From contig JBBRBZ010000004.1 of NCBI GenBank assembly GCA_038205305.1, positions 1 to 63,134 on the forward strand: a stretch of DNA of 63,134 bases, read 5' to 3'. Positions 48,286 through 57,996 of the stretch are shown here, piece by piece. The position numbers and the translations under genes are program-made. This DNA is from Gemmatimonadales bacterium. GTDB lineage: Bacteria; Gemmatimonadota; Gemmatimonadetes; Gemmatimonadales; GWC2-71-9. Numbering within the stretch: position 1 is the stretch's first letter; every line of letters begins with the position of its first letter. Under the pieces are notes generated by a model. It had not been told where the DNA came from, ran no database searches, and saw nothing but the letters and a program-made list of their open reading frames with translations.

Positions 48286-49027
48286 CGAGGTCCGCCAGCC
48301 CGGCGACCTCCCGCTATGGGAAGTCCCCGGTTGGCGAACCCGATTCGGTGTCGTTGCCGGCATCACCGGACGCGGCGACCGGACGGACAGCCCCTTCGAC
48401 CTTGGACTCTGGAGCGCCTCCCCCGTTCGCGAGACGATGTCCCGGTGGCGAGCCTTCCGGGGAGCGTTTCCTGCGTACCGCGGTCAGGTCATGGCCCATC
48501 AGGTGCATGGCGACCGAGTCCTCTGGCATCAGGACAGTGCGGGCTGGTCGATGCATGAGGGTGCCGACGGTCACGCCACCTCGGCGGAGGGGCTCCTGCT
48601 CCTGGTGACCGTCGCCGACTGCGTCCCCATCTACTTGGTTGCCCCGGCGCAACGTGCCATCGCCCTGCTGCACTCGGGGTGGCGGGGGACGGCCGCCGGG
48701 ATCCTCGCCCGAGGCGTGGAGACGCTGCAGCGGGAGGCAGGGGCGGACCCCGCCGATCTGGTGATGCACCTGGGGGTCGCCATCAGCGGCGCCGCCTATG
48801 AGGTCGGCGCGGAGGTTGTCCGCGGCGTCGGTCTCACCCCCGAGGGAGCGGGCCCCTGGCACGTCGACCTTCGGGAGAGCCTGACTGAGCAGGCTCGGAC
48901 CCTCGGGGTCGGGGAGGTCTCGCAGAGCGGCCACTGTACCGTGGCAAGGGGAGGGGACTTCTTCTCCCACCGGGGTTCCGGTGGGGCGGACGGGCGGATG
49001 GTCGCCTACCTTGGCATGAACGGCTGA
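48272..49027 (+). CDS. pgeF: Peptidoglycan editing factor PgeF (YfiH/DUF152, laccase-domain protein)
   Basis: The YfiH-family motifs are AHQVHGDRV, TADCVPI, LLHSGWRGTAAGI and CTxxxxxxFFSHR. Confidence 0.85.
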   Translation: MSSIDEVRQPGDLPLWEVPGWRTRFGVVAGITGRGDRTDSPFDLGLWSASPVRETMSRWRAFRGAFPAYRGQVMAHQVHGDRVLWHQDSAGWSMHEGADGHATSAEGLLLLVTVADCVPIYLVAPAQRAIALLHSGWRGTAAGILARGVETLQREAGADPADLVMHLGVAISGAAYEVGAEVVRGVGLTPEGAGPWHVDLRESLTEQARTLGVGEVSQSGHCTVARGGDFFSHRGSGGADGRMVAYLGMNG

Positions 49028-49141
49028 CCGCCCCACTTCTCCCATCTCGCTTCTCGCCCCTCGTTCTTCCCCCTCCCGTTGCTCCGTCCTCCCCATCGCG
49101 CTATTCTTGTGGGCTGGGGCAACTTGCGCTGTTGGCGAGGT

Positions 49142-49164
49142 GTCGGGTGTCCCCCGACATTTTT
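49142..49164 (+). promoter_or_regulatory. Small hairpin + T5 in the rimP-nusA-infB leader (possible attenuator)
   Basis: GTCGGG-tgtcc-CCCGAC at 49142-49158, then aTTTTT at 49159-49164, ending 18 nt before the rimP ATG. Confidence 0.3.
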
Positions 49165-49182
49165 GTTACCCCGGAGGCGAGT

Positions 49183-49680
49183 ATGGTCGCCGATCCCCTC
49201 TCTACCGAGTCGCTGCGCAGCGCGGTTGCCGACTTGGGTTTCGAGCTTGTCGAGCTGCACCTCTCAGGGCCCGACAGTCGGCGGACGATGCAGTTGCGCA
49301 TCGACTTGCCGGGTGGGGGTGGCCCCGGGCGTGGTGTCACGACGGCAGATTGTGCCGTGGTGTCACGGGCGCTGGAGCGGCAGCTGGAAGCCGCGGGTGC
49401 GGTGGGCCCGCACTGGCGGCTCGAAGTGTCGTCGCCAGGAATGGAACGCCCAGTGCGATTCCCTGAGCACTGGCTGCGCTTCGTGGGCCGGAGGGTGCGG
49501 GTGAAGGCGATGGGGAGGCCCGGTCGGATCGAGGGTCACATCATCGGCATGCCCGACCCGGCGCACATCACGCTGGCACTGGTGGATGGGGAAGAAACGT
49601 TCGCGCTCGACCGGATTCGGGAAGCGACGCTGGTGGTCGACTGGTCGCATTACGGTACACGGGAAGCGGGAGAAGCCTGA
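49183..49680 (+). CDS. rimP: Ribosome maturation factor RimP
   Basis: A GGAGG sits 6 nt upstream of ATG 49183. The sequence has GFELVELHLSG......LRI.ID...GVT..DC..VSR.L, and the gene lies immediately upstream of nusA. Confidence 0.85.
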   Translation: MVADPLSTESLRSAVADLGFELVELHLSGPDSRRTMQLRIDLPGGGGPGRGVTTADCAVVSRALERQLEAAGAVGPHWRLEVSSPGMERPVRFPEHWLRFVGRRVRVKAMGRPGRIEGHIIGMPDPAHITLALVDGEETFALDRIREATLVVDWSHYGTREAGEA

Positions 49681-51003
49681 ATGGCATCGTCGGCGGATAT
49701 GTTGTCCGCGTTTCGGGAATTGACCAACAGCAAGTCGCTTGAGCAGGGAGAACTGCTCGAGTTGCTTCGCGACGGGATTCACGCGGCGCTGATGAAGAAA
49801 TACGGACCGGCGGTTCGCTTCGAGCTCAATGTCGACGAACTGAAGGGCACCATGGCCGTGATGCGGTTGCGCCAGGTGGTTGACGTGGTCGAAGACCCGA
49901 GCTTTCAGATCACCGTGGAAGAGGCGCGCTTCGAGGATCCCGACTTCCAGGCCGGCGACGTGCTCGAAGAGGAAGTACCACTCGAAGCCTTCGGCCGGCT
50001 GGCGGTGCAGGCCGCGAAGCAGCGCGTCATCCAGCGGGTGCGTGAAGGCGAGCGCAACCGGATCCGGGATGAGTTCGCGCACAAGGTCGGGGAGCTGCTC
50101 TCCGGCGAGATCCAGCAGATTGAGCGCGGCAAGTTCGTCATCATGCTGAATCGGTTCCGCGAGGCGGAAGCCATCGTGCCATACCGCGAGCAGAACCATC
50201 GCGAGCATTTCCATCAGGGCGACACCATTCGCGCAGTCCTGAAGCGGCTCGAGGAAACTCCCAAGGGACCGCGCCTGATTCTGTCGCGTGGCGATCCGCT
50301 CTTCGTGATTGCGCTCTTCAAGCTCGAAGTGCCGGAAATCCAGCAGGGGATCGTTGAGGTGCGCGGCATTGCTCGTGAGGTCGGCAGCCGGACCAAGGTG
50401 GCCGTGATCTCGCGCGACGACGCCATCGACCCGGTTGGTGCGTGTGTCGGCTTGAAGGGTTCGCGCGTGCAGGCGGTCGTCAACGAACTCGGTGGGGAGC
50501 GGATCGACATCGTGCCGTGGTCGCCCGATCCGGAGCGCTTCGCCCGACTCGCGCTCGCGCCGGCCCGCGTCGCGAAGGTCTTCTCCGATCCCAACAGCAA
50601 GACCATTCAGGCGGTGGTCGACGAGGATCAGCTCTCGCTCGCGATCGGGCGCAACGGCCAGAACGTGCGCCTCGCCTCCGAACTCACCGGGTGGAAGATC
50701 GATCTCTACTCGAGTCGCGAGTGGTTGGAGCGTGGCGGCGAAGGGCCGCTCTTCTCGCTGCCCGCCGTCGAAGAGGATGCCGAAGCCAAGGTGGCGCTGG
50801 CGCAGTTGGAGGGGCTCTCGCCCGAGCTGGTGGCGATCCTCGAACAGGCTGGCTACACCACGCTGAACGACGTGATTGATCTTGAACCGGAGGAGATCGC
50901 CCGGATTCCCGGGATGATGCCTGCCACGGTGGCCGAGCTGGTCCGGTTCCTTAGTGAACTGACCGAGGAAGAGCCTGATGGCGGGGACGCTTCAGCCACT
51001 TGA
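49681..51003 (+). CDS. nusA: Transcription termination/antitermination factor NusA
   Basis: It has the S1 and KH domains (GEIQQIERGKFVIMLN, DPVGACVGLKGSRVQAVVNELGGERIDIV, LAIGRNGQNVRLASELTGWKIDL) and a C-terminal HhH segment. Confidence 0.95.
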   Translation: MASSADMLSAFRELTNSKSLEQGELLELLRDGIHAALMKKYGPAVRFELNVDELKGTMAVMRLRQVVDVVEDPSFQITVEEARFEDPDFQAGDVLEEEVPLEAFGRLAVQAAKQRVIQRVREGERNRIRDEFAHKVGELLSGEIQQIERGKFVIMLNRFREAEAIVPYREQNHREHFHQGDTIRAVLKRLEETPKGPRLILSRGDPLFVIALFKLEVPEIQQGIVEVRGIAREVGSRTKVAVISRDDAIDPVGACVGLKGSRVQAVVNELGGERIDIVPWSPDPERFARLALAPARVAKVFSDPNSKTIQAVVDEDQLSLAIGRNGQNVRLASELTGWKIDLYSSREWLERGGEGPLFSLPAVEEDAEAKVALAQLEGLSPELVAILEQAGYTTLNDVIDLEPEEIARIPGMMPATVAELVRFLSELTEEEPDGGDASAT

Positions 51004-51319
51004 TCCGGCGGGGCGCGCGTTGGCTCTGGTCGGACTCGGCATGCATGGCGGGATGGTGGTGGTCGGGGTCGACGGCACCAGGGCGCTGTTGCAGCGGGAC
51101 AAGTGTTACGTGGTGATGTTCGCCCAGGATCTTTCGGTCCGCGCGCGCATGAAGGTGGAAAACCTCGCCCGGGCCAAGCAGGTCCCCGTGGTGGTGGGCC
51201 CACCGGCAGATTTAATCGGGGAGCGACTTGGTCGCCCACCGGTCATGGTGGTAGGTGTGCGGGACCGGAAGCTGGCCGCGGGGATTCTCGCCGCCATGAC
51301 GTCCGGCGACAGGACCTGA
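50978..51319 (+). CDS. L7Ae/YlxQ-like RNA-binding protein
   Basis: LALVGLGMHGGMVVVGVDGTRALLQRDKCYVVMFAQDLS....K.....A....PVV.......IGERLG fits the YlxQ pattern between nusA and infB. No ylxR-like ORF is seen. The start is uncertain. Confidence 0.65.
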   Translation: MAGTLQPLDPAGRALALVGLGMHGGMVVVGVDGTRALLQRDKCYVVMFAQDLSVRARMKVENLARAKQVPVVVGPPADLIGERLGRPPVMVVGVRDRKLAAGILAAMTSGDRT

Positions 51320-51331
51320 CGGAGGATGTGA

Positions 51332-54166
51332 GTGGTCAAGAGTAGAGTGCACGACCTCGCAGCGGAATTCGGTGTGCCCGTGGAGCAACTCATGGGGACA
51401 CTGCGCGAGATGAACATTTTCGTGCGCAGTCACCTGTCGGCGCTCGAGCCCGACCAGGTTTCCGCGGTGCGCGTCCGCTGGGAGCGCGAGAAGCGCAAGG
51501 CGTCGGAACCCGCCGCCCCCAAGAAGGGCCGCCGCAAGAAGGCGGTGGAGCCGGAACCGGCGTCGCCCGTGGCTGAGGGGAAGCCGGTTCGCCGCCGTCG
51601 GACGGCCGCCGAGGTCGCCGACCAGGAGGCCAAGGCTGCCGTTGATGCGGAGCGCGAGGCCGCGACCAAGGCGTCCTTCGAGGTCGAACCACTCAGCCAC
51701 GATGCACCCACCGCTGAGGTGAGGCCATCGATGAGCCTCGAAGAGCGCGCCAAGCTGCTCTTCAAGGACCTGCCGCCCGCCGTCGAGGAGTCTGTTGCCG
51801 AGGCCCCCGAGGCTCCCGCGAGCCCCGAGAGGGCAGCGGAGCCGGCCGCACCACCAGCCGCCGCTGCCGCCCCGACGCCGCCTCCCGCCGCACCATTGCC
51901 GCCGCCGTCCCGGCCATCGGTCCAGCCGATCGCACGACTCGCGCCCGAGGCGCCGACCTCGCCCACCAAGCCCTTCATTCCGATGCGTGTGCAGCGGCCA
52001 CCGGCGCCGTCCGGTGGCTCGCGCGGTGGTCAGGGGCAGCGTCCGCAGGGTGGTCCTGGTGGTCCCGGGGGTCGTCCGCGTCCGGTCTTCTCGTCGAGCA
52101 CGCCGCAGGGCGCGCGCGGTGGATCCTCAGGTGGTCGGCCCGGAGGCCCGCCGACCCCCGGCGCTCCGGTTCCGCGCACCTTCGGCCCCGACGCCGCCCC
52201 GGGTGGTGGCCGGAAGAAGGGCAAGAAGGGGAAGAAGAACTTCATCGATCAGGATCAAGTGCAGGCGAACATCCTGAAGACCCTCCAGGGTCTGAAGGGT
52301 GGCACGACCCGCAAAAAGTCCCGTTCCGACGAGCCGAGCTATCGCGACATCATTGCGTCGCGTGCGGCCGAGGAGAAGGAGCTGGAGAAGACCCGGATTC
52401 GCGTCAACGAGTTCATCTCGGTGAGCGAACTCGCCGATGCGATGAAGGTCCCGGCCAACCAGATCGTCCTGTTCGCGTTCAAGGAACTCGGATTGATGGT
52501 GACCGTGAACCAGCGGCTGGACTTCGACCAGATCGAGCTGATCTCTTCGGCGTTCGGGTTCGAGGCGGTGAAGGAGCAGGAGTATCACGCCGAGATCGAG
52601 CCGGAGCCGGAGGAAGAGGAAGGCACGTTGCTGCCGCGGTCGCCGGTGGTGACCATCATGGGTCACGTCGACCACGGCAAGACGTCGCTGCTCGACTACA
52701 TCCGCAAGGCCAATGTGGTGGCGGGTGAAGCCGGCGGCATCACCCAGCACATCGGCGCCTACCACATCGAGCTGCCAGGCAACAAGGACATCACCTTTCT
52801 CGATACCCCGGGCCACCAGGCGTTCACCGCCATGCGCGCCCGTGGTGCACAGGTCACCGACATCGTCGTGCTGGTGATCGCCGCCGACGACCAGATCATG
52901 CCGCAGACCATCGAGGCCATCTCGCACGCCCGCAACGCTGGCGTGCCGCTGGTCGTGGCGATTAACAAGATCGACCTCCCGGCCGCGAACGCGCAGAAGG
53001 TGAAGCAGGACTTGCTCCAGCAGAACGTCGTGCTCGAGGAATTCGGCGGCAAGGTCCTCAGCGCTGAAATTTCGGCCAAGACCGGCAAGGGCGTGAAGGA
53101 GCTGCTCGACCAGATCCTGCTGCAGGCCGAAGTGCTCGAACTGAAGGCGAATCCCGATCGACGGGCGCAAGGCTCGGTGATCGAGGCCACGCTCGATCCA
53201 GGCAAAGGGCCACTCGCCACTATCCTCGTGCAAAAGGGCACGCTGCGCGTGGGCGAGAATTTCATCTGCGGCAAGTTTTCCGGCCGTGTCCGGGCGCTGT
53301 ACGACGAGCGCGGGCGGCAGATCAAGTCCGCTGGCCCGTCGATTCCGGTCCAGGTGCTTGGCTTCGAGGGCGTCCCTTCGGCCGGCGATACCTTCCTCGG
53401 CGTGGCCGACGCCAATGAGGCGCGCGACATCGCCCAGAAGCGGCAGCGTCTCGATCGCGAGGCGCAGAACCGTCGTTCGGCACGCGGCGGCACACTTGAG
53501 GATATCTCGCGCGCGCTCAAGGAAGGCGCCGTCACCCAGCTCCGGATCATCATCAAGGCCGATCAGGGCGGTCCAGCCGAAGCGCTGGCCGACTCGCTTG
53601 CCCAGCTCGGAACGTCCGAGGTGCGCGTCGATATCGTGCTCCGCGGCGTCGGCCAGATCAGCGAAAGCGACGTGCTGCTCGCCAAGGCCTCGGGGGCCAT
53701 CATCCTGGGCTTCCACGTCCGCCCCGACGCGAATGCCCGGGCGACGGCCGAACGCGAAGGCGTGGACATCCGCACCTACCGGATCATCTATGAGGCCGTC
53801 GAGGACGTGAAGAACGCCCTCGAGGGATTGCTCAAGCCGCAGGAAAAGGAAACCATCCTCGGTGAGGCCGAGGTGGTCGAGCTGTTCAAGGTCTCGCGCG
53901 TCGGCACCATCGCCGGCTGCCGGGTCACTAGTGGTGTGATCACCAAGACCGCCAAGGTGCGCGTGGTGCGCGACGGGAAGTCGGTCTATACCGGCGACCT
54001 GTCGTCACTCAAGCGGTTCAAGGATGACGCCAAGGAAGTGCGTGAAGGACTCGACTGCGGTATCGGCATCGAGAACTTCAATGACATCAAGGTGGGCGAT
54101 CGCATCGAGGCGTTCCTCCTCGAAGAGGTCAAGCGGACACTCGCCGAGTCCGCTGAGCAGGGCTGA
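51332..54166 (+). CDS. infB: Translation initiation factor IF-2
   Basis: It starts [10 protein letters not shown], has a Pro/Ala/Gly-rich linker, and G-domain motifs [17 protein letters not shown] and NKID. C-terminal domains complete the 944 aa. Confidence 0.95.
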   Translation: MVKSRVHDLAAEFGVPVEQLMGTLREMNIFVRSHLSALEPDQVSAVRVRWEREKRKASEPAAPKKGRRKKAVEPEPASPVAEGKPVRRRRTAAEVADQEAKAAVDAEREAATKASFEVEPLSHDAPTAEVRPSMSLEERAKLLFKDLPPAVEESVAEAPEAPASPERAAEPAAPPAAAAAPTPPPAAPLPPPSRPSVQPIARLAPEAPTSPTKPFIPMRVQRPPAPSGGSRGGQGQRPQGGPGGPGGRPRPVFSSSTPQGARGGSSGGRPGGPPTPGAPVPRTFGPDAAPGGGRKKGKKGKKNFIDQDQVQANILKTLQGLKGGTTRKKSRSDEPSYRDIIASRAAEEKELEKTRIRVNEFISVSELADAMKVPANQIVLFAFKELGLMVTVNQRLDFDQIELISSAFGFEAVKEQEYHAEIEPEPEEEEGTLLPRSPVVTIMGHVDHGKTSLLDYIRKANVVAGEAGGITQHIGAYHIELPGNKDITFLDTPGHQAFTAMRARGAQVTDIVVLVIAADDQIMPQTIEAISHARNAGVPLVVAINKIDLPAANAQKVKQDLLQQNVVLEEFGGKVLSAEISAKTGKGVKELLDQILLQAEVLELKANPDRRAQGSVIEATLDPGKGPLATILVQKGTLRVGENFICGKFSGRVRALYDERGRQIKSAGPSIPVQVLGFEGVPSAGDTFLGVADANEARDIAQKRQRLDREAQNRRSARGGTLEDISRALKEGAVTQLRIIIKADQGGPAEALADSLAQLGTSEVRVDIVLRGVGQISESDVLLAKASGAIILGFHVRPDANARATAEREGVDIRTYRIIYEAVEDVKNALEGLLKPQEKETILGEAEVVELFKVSRVGTIAGCRVTSGVITKTAKVRVVRDGKSVYTGDLSSLKRFKDDAKEVREGLDCGIGIENFNDIKVGDRIEAFLLEEVKRTLAESAEQG

Positions 54167-54171
54167 CGCAA

Positions 54172-54543
54172 ATGGCCGGCAAGGGATCTTCGCATCGACC
54201 GGAGCAGGTTGCCGAGGCGATCCGTGCGGTCGTGGCAGACGCCCTGCTGCGTGGTGATGTGCGCGACCCGCGCATCGGCATGGTGACCTTGAGTGCCGTG
54301 GAGGTGACACGGGACCTGTCCCATGCCACCGTGCGCGTGGTGCCGCATGCGGAAGGCGAGGCGCGGGACGAGGCAGTCGAGGGGCTGCAGAGTGCCGCGG
54401 GCTTTCTCAGGCGGCTGGTGGCGAAGACGTTGACGACCCGGATCGTCCCGGAGCTGCATTTCGTGCTGGATCGCGGATTCGAGCACGCGCAGCGGATCAA
54501 TCAGCTGCTGGCTGAATTGAAGCCGGGAGAGGAGAGCTCCTGA
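54172..54543 (+). CDS. rbfA: Ribosome-binding factor A
   Basis: The 123-aa protein reads RPEQVAEAIRAVVADAL..DVRDPRIGMVTLSAVEVTRDLSHATV, a typical RbfA. It follows infB. Confidence 0.9.
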   Translation: MAGKGSSHRPEQVAEAIRAVVADALLRGDVRDPRIGMVTLSAVEVTRDLSHATVRVVPHAEGEARDEAVEGLQSAAGFLRRLVAKTLTTRIVPELHFVLDRGFEHAQRINQLLAELKPGEESS

Positions 54544-55397
54544 TCGGGGGGCTGCTCATTGACAAACCGTCGGGCTGGACCTCGCATGATGCCGTCGCGG
54601 TGGTCCGCCGGCGACTGGGGCTCCGGAGTGTCGGACACACCGGAACGCTCGATCCGTTTGCGACCGGGCTGCTCATCGTGCTGGTCGGACGCGCCACGCG
54701 GCTCGCGCGCTTCTTGGCCGGCGAGTCAAAGGAGTACGACGCGGTCGTGCGATTCGGATTGGCAACCGACACCGATGACAGCACCGGCACAGTGATCGCC
54801 GAAGCGTTGCCAGCGGAGTGGCCCACCCGGGAGGCGCTCGACGAGGCGGTGCAGTCCCTCGTCGGGAGACAGTGGCAACGACCGCCGGCCTACTCGGCCA
54901 AGCATGTTGCCGGCGAGCGAAGTCATGCGATGGCAAGGGCAGGGCGGGCAGTGGCACTGAGCCCGGTAGAGGTCGAGGTGTACCGACTGAAGTCGGGCGC
55001 ATGGACCCCCCCCGATCTCGCGGTCACGGCCACGGTCGGTAGCGGCACCTATGTACGCGCCTTGGCACGGGATCTCGGGGAGCGCGTCGGACTGCCGGCG
55101 CATTGCGCGGCGTTGCGACGGACCCGCATCGGGAAGTTCGCGGCGAGCGATGCGGTCCATCCGGAGTCTGCTTCGGCGGACCGACTGGTGACACCGATGC
55201 AATTGCTGGGGCACCTGCCAGTCCGTCGACTGACGGCCGACGAGCAGCGCGAGATCGGTTTCGGGCGGGATGTCGCTCGCGACGCCGACGCCGGCGAACT
55301 GGCGGGACTCGTGGGTGCGGATGATCGGCTTGTGGCGGTCGCCGAGGCACAGGGCGATCGCTGGCACCCGACGGTGGTACTGGAGCCGGTCGCGTGA
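54540..55397 (+). CDS. truB: tRNA pseudouridine(55) synthase TruB (non-canonical start codon inferred)
   Basis: It has the HTGTLDPFATGLL catalytic motif. The conserved N-terminal GGLLIDKPSGWTSHD lies upstream of the first GTG (54600), in a frame that is open only from 54516 and has no ATG/GTG/TTG. A CTG at 54540 follows GGAGAGGAG. Confidence 0.85.
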   Translation: MIGGLLIDKPSGWTSHDAVAVVRRRLGLRSVGHTGTLDPFATGLLIVLVGRATRLARFLAGESKEYDAVVRFGLATDTDDSTGTVIAEALPAEWPTREALDEAVQSLVGRQWQRPPAYSAKHVAGERSHAMARAGRAVALSPVEVEVYRLKSGAWTPPDLAVTATVGSGTYVRALARDLGERVGLPAHCAALRRTRIGKFAASDAVHPESASADRLVTPMQLLGHLPVRRLTADEQREIGFGRDVARDADAGELAGLVGADDRLVAVAEAQGDRWHPTVVLEPVA

Positions 55398-56332
55398 CGG
55401 CAACGGATCGCGGCACCGTGGTCACCGTCGGGATGTTCGACGGGATGCATCTCGGCCACCACGCGGTGCTGGATACGCTGGTGAGCAGGGCGGAAGAGGC
55501 AGGGCGGCCGAGTGTTCTGGTCACCTTTGAGCCGCATCCACTGGTGGTGGTCAATCCGGCGGCGGCGCCCGCGCGATTGACGACGGCGTGGGAACGGCTC
55601 GAAATTCTGGCCGACAGCCGGGTCGACATGGTCCACGTCCTGGCTTTCGACGAGGCGATGTCGAAGCTGACACCCGAGGCCTTTGTCCTGGACGTGCTGG
55701 CCGGACGGTGCGGGATGCGCGAGCTGGTGATCGGGCATGATCACGGGCTCGGCCAGGGACGGAGCGGCGACGTCGAGACCCTGCGACGGTTGGGTGCGGC
55801 GTCCGGGTTTCCGGTCAAGGTGGTGGCCCCGGTCGCGTTGGATAAGGTGCCGGTCTCGAGCACCGCGGTGCGCCGCGCGATTGCCCAGGGCCAGTTGGCG
55901 GAGGCTGCGGGGTTGCTCGGTCGGCGCTACACGGTGAGTGCCAAGGTGATTCGCGGGGAACGACGGGGACGCACGCTGGGTTTTCCCACGGCGAACCTCG
56001 CGGTAAGTTCGGCGAAAATGCTGCCTCCCGATGGTGTGTATGCGGTCGTGGTGGAAACGCCCGCCGGTCGGTTTGGCGGAATGATGAACCAAGGACACCG
56101 CCCGACATTTGCTGACGGGCGGCGTGTGCTGGAGGCCCACCTCTTCGGGTTCGAAGGTGACCTCTATGACCAGTGGGTCCGAGTCGAGTGGCTCGAGCCC
56201 CTCCGGGAAATCCGTCGCTTTGATGGTGCGGCGGCGCTTCGCGGGCAGCTGGAGAATGATCGAATCCGCGCGTTGGGCGCTCTCGCTCACGTGCACCCGG
56301 ACTTTGATGCGCCGATTTCGGCGCCCGAGTGA
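55394..56332 (+). CDS. ribF: Bifunctional riboflavin kinase / FMN adenylyltransferase
   Basis: It reads GMFDGMHLGHHAVL, FEPHP, GHDHGLG, G.RRGRTLGFPTAN, and LEAHLFGFEGDLY in the riboflavin kinase domain. Confidence 0.92.
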   Translation: MTATDRGTVVTVGMFDGMHLGHHAVLDTLVSRAEEAGRPSVLVTFEPHPLVVVNPAAAPARLTTAWERLEILADSRVDMVHVLAFDEAMSKLTPEAFVLDVLAGRCGMRELVIGHDHGLGQGRSGDVETLRRLGAASGFPVKVVAPVALDKVPVSSTAVRRAIAQGQLAEAAGLLGRRYTVSAKVIRGERRGRTLGFPTANLAVSSAKMLPPDGVYAVVVETPAGRFGGMMNQGHRPTFADGRRVLEAHLFGFEGDLYDQWVRVEWLEPLREIRRFDGAAALRGQLENDRIRALGALAHVHPDFDAPISAPE

Positions 56333-57993
56333 TGATGTTCGCTTCGCTACGGAATCGTCTGATCGTGATCGGCCTGCTGGTCGTCGTCGCGATCGCCTAT
56401 CTCATCCCGCGCAACCAGACGGTCCGCGAACGCGGTGCCGACGGCCAAATGACCGATGTGCAGCTCAAGCGCGTGCCGCTGAAGCTGGGCCTCGATCTGC
56501 AGGGCGGGATGCACCTCGAGCTCGGCTTGGATCAGTCGCGGGTCGTTGCCGCCGATCCGGCGGACGCGCTCAACACCGCCCTCCTGGTGCTGCGCAAGCG
56601 CATCGACGAACTGGGGGTGAGCGAGGCACTCATCCAGAAGGTCGGCAACGACCGGATTGTCGTCGAGCTGCCGGGCATCAAGGAGCCGGCACGAGCCGAG
56701 GCGATCGTCGCCCGGAATGCGCACCTCGAGTTCCGGCTCACCGACAAAACCAACGGGCTGCTCAACGCGCTCCCGTCCATGGATCGGGCGCTGGCACAAC
56801 TCGGCATCAAGACCACCGCGCCGGAAGTCTCCGCGGCGACCAAGGGAGTCGAGGCGCTGCTGAGCGGTGATTCGGCGAAGAAGAAGACGGCCGATTCGAC
56901 CGGAGGGGTTGTCTCTGGACATATCCTTCAGGATCTGATCAAGCCGGCAGAGTCGATCGGCATTCAGGGCATCCCGGGCGAGTTCGCGGTGCCCAAGGCG
57001 GCGCACGATCGGGTAGACTCGCTGCTGAAGATCCCGGAGGTCCAGCGGTTGCTGCCGCGGAACGTGGCCCTCTACTGGGACCAGGGGCCGTCGCAGTCGG
57101 TGGGGGGATCGGTGCAGTACGACCTGCTCTACGCCCTGACCGACAAGCCGATGGCGACTGGTGCCAACCTGGTGGATGCCTCGGCACAGATCGACCAGAT
57201 GTCGAATCGCCGGATCGTCGTCTTCGAACTCGACCGTGCGGGCGGGCGGCGGTTCGGCGAGGAAACCGGCAAGCACGTCGGCGACTACATGGCCATCATC
57301 CTTGATGATCGCGTGCAGGGGCGTCCGCCGGTGATTCAGAGCCGCATCGATCGCCGCGGCCAGATCGAGTTGGGCAACCGTTCGCTGCAGGAGGCGCAGG
57401 ACCTCGCCCTCACGCTGAAGGCCGGCGCCCTCCCGGTGCCACTGCGGATCGAGGCCCAACGGCAGGTGCTCGCCTCGCTCGGCGCCGATTCAATCAACGA
57501 TGGACTGCGAGCCGGCATCGTCGGCACAATTCTCGTCATCCTGATCATGGTCGGCTATTACCGAATGGCCGGGGTCTTGGCCGTCTTGGCGCTCGGTTTC
57601 TATTTGCTCTTCACGCTGGCGGGCCTTTCAGCGCTGGGGGCAACCCTGACCTTGCCTGGCATGGCGGGTATCGCCCTCTCGGTCGGTATCGCGGTCGATG
57701 CCAACGTGCTGATCTTCGAGCGGATACGGGAAGAGTTGATTGCCGGTCGCACGGTGCGGGTCGCCGTCGACGAAGGCTTCAAGCATGCCATGAATGCCAT
57801 TGTCGACTCGAACATGTCGACGGTGCTCACGGCGCTCTTCCTCTTCCAGTTCGGGACCGGCCCAGTCAAGGGCTTCGCGGTGACGCTGATCATGGGTATT
57901 GCGGCCTCGATGGTGACGGCCGTGTTCGTGACGCGCACCTTCTTCATGATCTGGCTCGAGCGGGATCCCACCGCCACAACCCTGAGCATCTGA
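56329..57993 (+). CDS. secD: Protein translocase subunit SecD
   Basis: It reads LGLDLQGGMHLEL, VSEALIQKVGNDRIVVELPG and LKAGALPVPL, with a C-terminal 6-TM RND-like domain (GIALSVGIAVDANVLIFERIREE). Confidence 0.92.
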   Translation: MMMFASLRNRLIVIGLLVVVAIAYLIPRNQTVRERGADGQMTDVQLKRVPLKLGLDLQGGMHLELGLDQSRVVAADPADALNTALLVLRKRIDELGVSEALIQKVGNDRIVVELPGIKEPARAEAIVARNAHLEFRLTDKTNGLLNALPSMDRALAQLGIKTTAPEVSAATKGVEALLSGDSAKKKTADSTGGVVSGHILQDLIKPAESIGIQGIPGEFAVPKAAHDRVDSLLKIPEVQRLLPRNVALYWDQGPSQSVGGSVQYDLLYALTDKPMATGANLVDASAQIDQMSNRRIVVFELDRAGGRRFGEETGKHVGDYMAIILDDRVQGRPPVIQSRIDRRGQIELGNRSLQEAQDLALTLKAGALPVPLRIEAQRQVLASLGADSINDGLRAGIVGTILVILIMVGYYRMAGVLAVLALGFYLLFTLAGLSALGATLTLPGMAGIALSVGIAVDANVLIFERIREELIAGRTVRVAVDEGFKHAMNAIVDSNMSTVLTALFLFQFGTGPVKGFAVTLIMGIAASMVTAVFVTRTFFMIWLERDPTATTLSI

Positions 57994-57996
57994 CCC

